NCBI GenBank assembly: GCA_015680685.1
Contig: MNCI01000596.1
Coordinates: 748,612-812,611 of the forward strand
Source: Gnetum montanum
Lineage: Eukaryota; Plantae; Gnetophyta
Direction of reading: 5' to 3'
Length of the DNA stretch: 64,000 nt
In this document: one piece after another, positions 62,326-64,000 of the stretch
Numbering within the stretch: the first letter of the stretch is position 1
Layout: the number at the start of each line of letters is the position of its first letter
The notes under the pieces: model-generated
Database searches by the model: none
Told to the model about the DNA's origin: nothing
What the model saw: only the letters and a program-made list of their open reading frames with translations
Program-made: the position numbers and the translations under genes

Positions 62326-64000
62326 CTCCCCCCCCCAGCCCAGTTTTTGGTGCTGTCGTCTTGTCTGTCTGTTGGGGTTGCGCCCCCCCTTCTCCCCCTT
62401 TCTCATTTGTGTTTGGGGTGCACCCCCCCTTTTTTGTTGGGGTTTTTAAGGTTTTGAGGTCCGTATGTTTCTGTGGTTCGGTGGCTCAGCTTGGTGTCCT
62501 CTGAGTTTGATCTTTTGCGGGATTCCGGGGCCCCCCCCCTTCGGGGTGGGCCACCCCTGGTCCCCCCCCGCTTGTACTTGTATACTCGTGTACCATACTT
62601 TCAGTAATACAATCCCAAAAATTCTCTCAAAAAAAAACTCTTACCTCATTACCTTCTGCTCTGAGTGCTTATTGGTACAAGCTTGGCCCTATAATATAAT
62701 GCATATCTTCCCTATGTTGCAAACTAGAAAATTTTTAGACTAGAACTATGCTATACCTAGAGGCTCTATTACCTCTCTAGAAAACCTGATTTCATAATTT
62801 GTTAATGATTTCAAGTACAAAATGAGGCCTGACACTAGATTATACCAACTAATGATAATCAAATAGGGGCCTCTTGAACTTATCCAAAAATTCATGCAAA
62901 GATGGAATACTACCCTCAAAAAAAATTCCTGAGCCCATCTCTAAGACATATTTTTTAGTTATTTTCAAGAGGATGGTTAATGGTTTTGTCAAATCCAAGC
63001 TATATTACCTAGACCTATGCTTACTTAGCCAATTCTTTTCCCAAACAAAGAACATATAGGATGCTATGGAAGCAAGTAATGACCTAGCATATATAACATA
63101 TAAAATTTAGCACATAATAAAATCTATGGACAAGTGAAAATAGAACTGTGTAGCCATGGCCACCATGTCCAAAGATACAAAAACAAAACAAGGGCCAAAG
63201 ATGACCCAATGAAATGCCCGTACCATGACCACTAAAACTTCAACATTGAGTTCTTGTACATCTAATCATCATAGAACTAACTTTGAAATACATAATTAGT
63301 CCAAGTACATGAAGTTTTCCATGAAATTATCTATGCTTCTTGACTAGTTACTCAAGAGTGATCATATTCAATGTAAAAAAATGACTAAAAATACCCATAA
63401 AAGGCATGACCATTTATGTGAGATCACTAAAGATACCACTATGAACACCAAGGATAATCCACTTCTACCTAAATACTTTAAAATAGACTAGTTTTTCCAT
63501 TACCAATGGCTTCTAGGGCATGACATAGATTTTATCTGTGTTAAAGGATAATTTGTAGAGGATGATAGATAATGGTAGATTTATACCAACCATATCAAAT
63601 CTAGTAAGGCCTTAGAACCAAAGCATGCAGGTTTACAAGGACCTATTAAACACTAATAACAATCCTTATATGATAGTTACCTTTAACATTAGCAACAATT
63701 CTCAACATACTAGAGATCCATTTGTCATTCGAGTACCTCCTCATGATGAAAGGACTTCAACTTTAGTGAGTTTAAGAACTCCTTTTTTCATAAGGGTACC
63801 ATCATATGTGCCTCCCAAAGAGCCATTTGTGATTAGAGTACCCCCTCACACCATAATTAATCCTACAATCCAAATTGACCAACATCCTCCCATAGTAGTC
63901 AATGCAATAACTTCTATGCAATAAGATAACAAAATATCACCAATAAAACAATGCAAGAAGCCAGCTCCTAAGCCTAAGGTTATGGATAGTAAACACAAAG

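Larger units (their letters stand above)
56217..62637 (+). mobile_element. Near full-length L1-clade LINE retrotransposon with an extended 3' coding region
   Basis: GC-rich island with ORF1 and ORF2 (EN, RT, zf), an AATACA signal at ~62606 and an A9 tail at 62629-62637. Host gag resumes at 62638. Confidence 0.93.
53173..64000 (+). mobile_element. Third Tat-type element (5' LTR, PBS, 5' UTR, gag), interrupted by a LINE and continuing beyond the window
   Basis: LTR ~53173-54291 ends GGTGCTACA, followed by a PBS at 54298-54314. Gag at ~56050-56216 and 62638-64000 is paralogous to 5300-6120 and 9689-10330. Confidence 0.8.

Overview
This is plant nuclear heterochromatin, most likely from a vascular plant, made almost entirely of nested, C->T-decayed retroelements. 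I see no intact host gene. (1) A ~29.7 kb Ty3/gypsy Tat-type element spans 2157-31869, with two LTRs, a tRNA-Asn PBS and a GTTAT/GCTAT TSD. It sits in reverse orientation inside an older copy of its own family (1-2156, 31870-41083). Between gag-protease and pol it carries an antisense multi-intron gene and a degenerate repeat array. (2) A TG..CA element with a CCTTT TSD (6125-9683) interrupts its gag and carries fragments of four host genes: mitochondrial uL23, a class II HDAC, UTP14 and a PPR. (3) A 5.6 kb endogenous caulimovirid (18646-24246) interrupts its repeat array. (4) Further along are a deleted Ty1/copia (35789-40003), Athila-like Ty3 remains (41084-52300) and a third Tat element starting at ~53173. 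(5) A younger, GC-rich, near full-length L1 LINE (56217-62637) is inserted in that third element. After EN-RT-zf its ORF2 frame continues into an ATHILA/Transposase_32-like domain, a coiled coil and an HPD-containing J-domain, all upstream of the poly(A). This is the most novel feature. All domain calls are by-eye motif recognition; no database searches were run.
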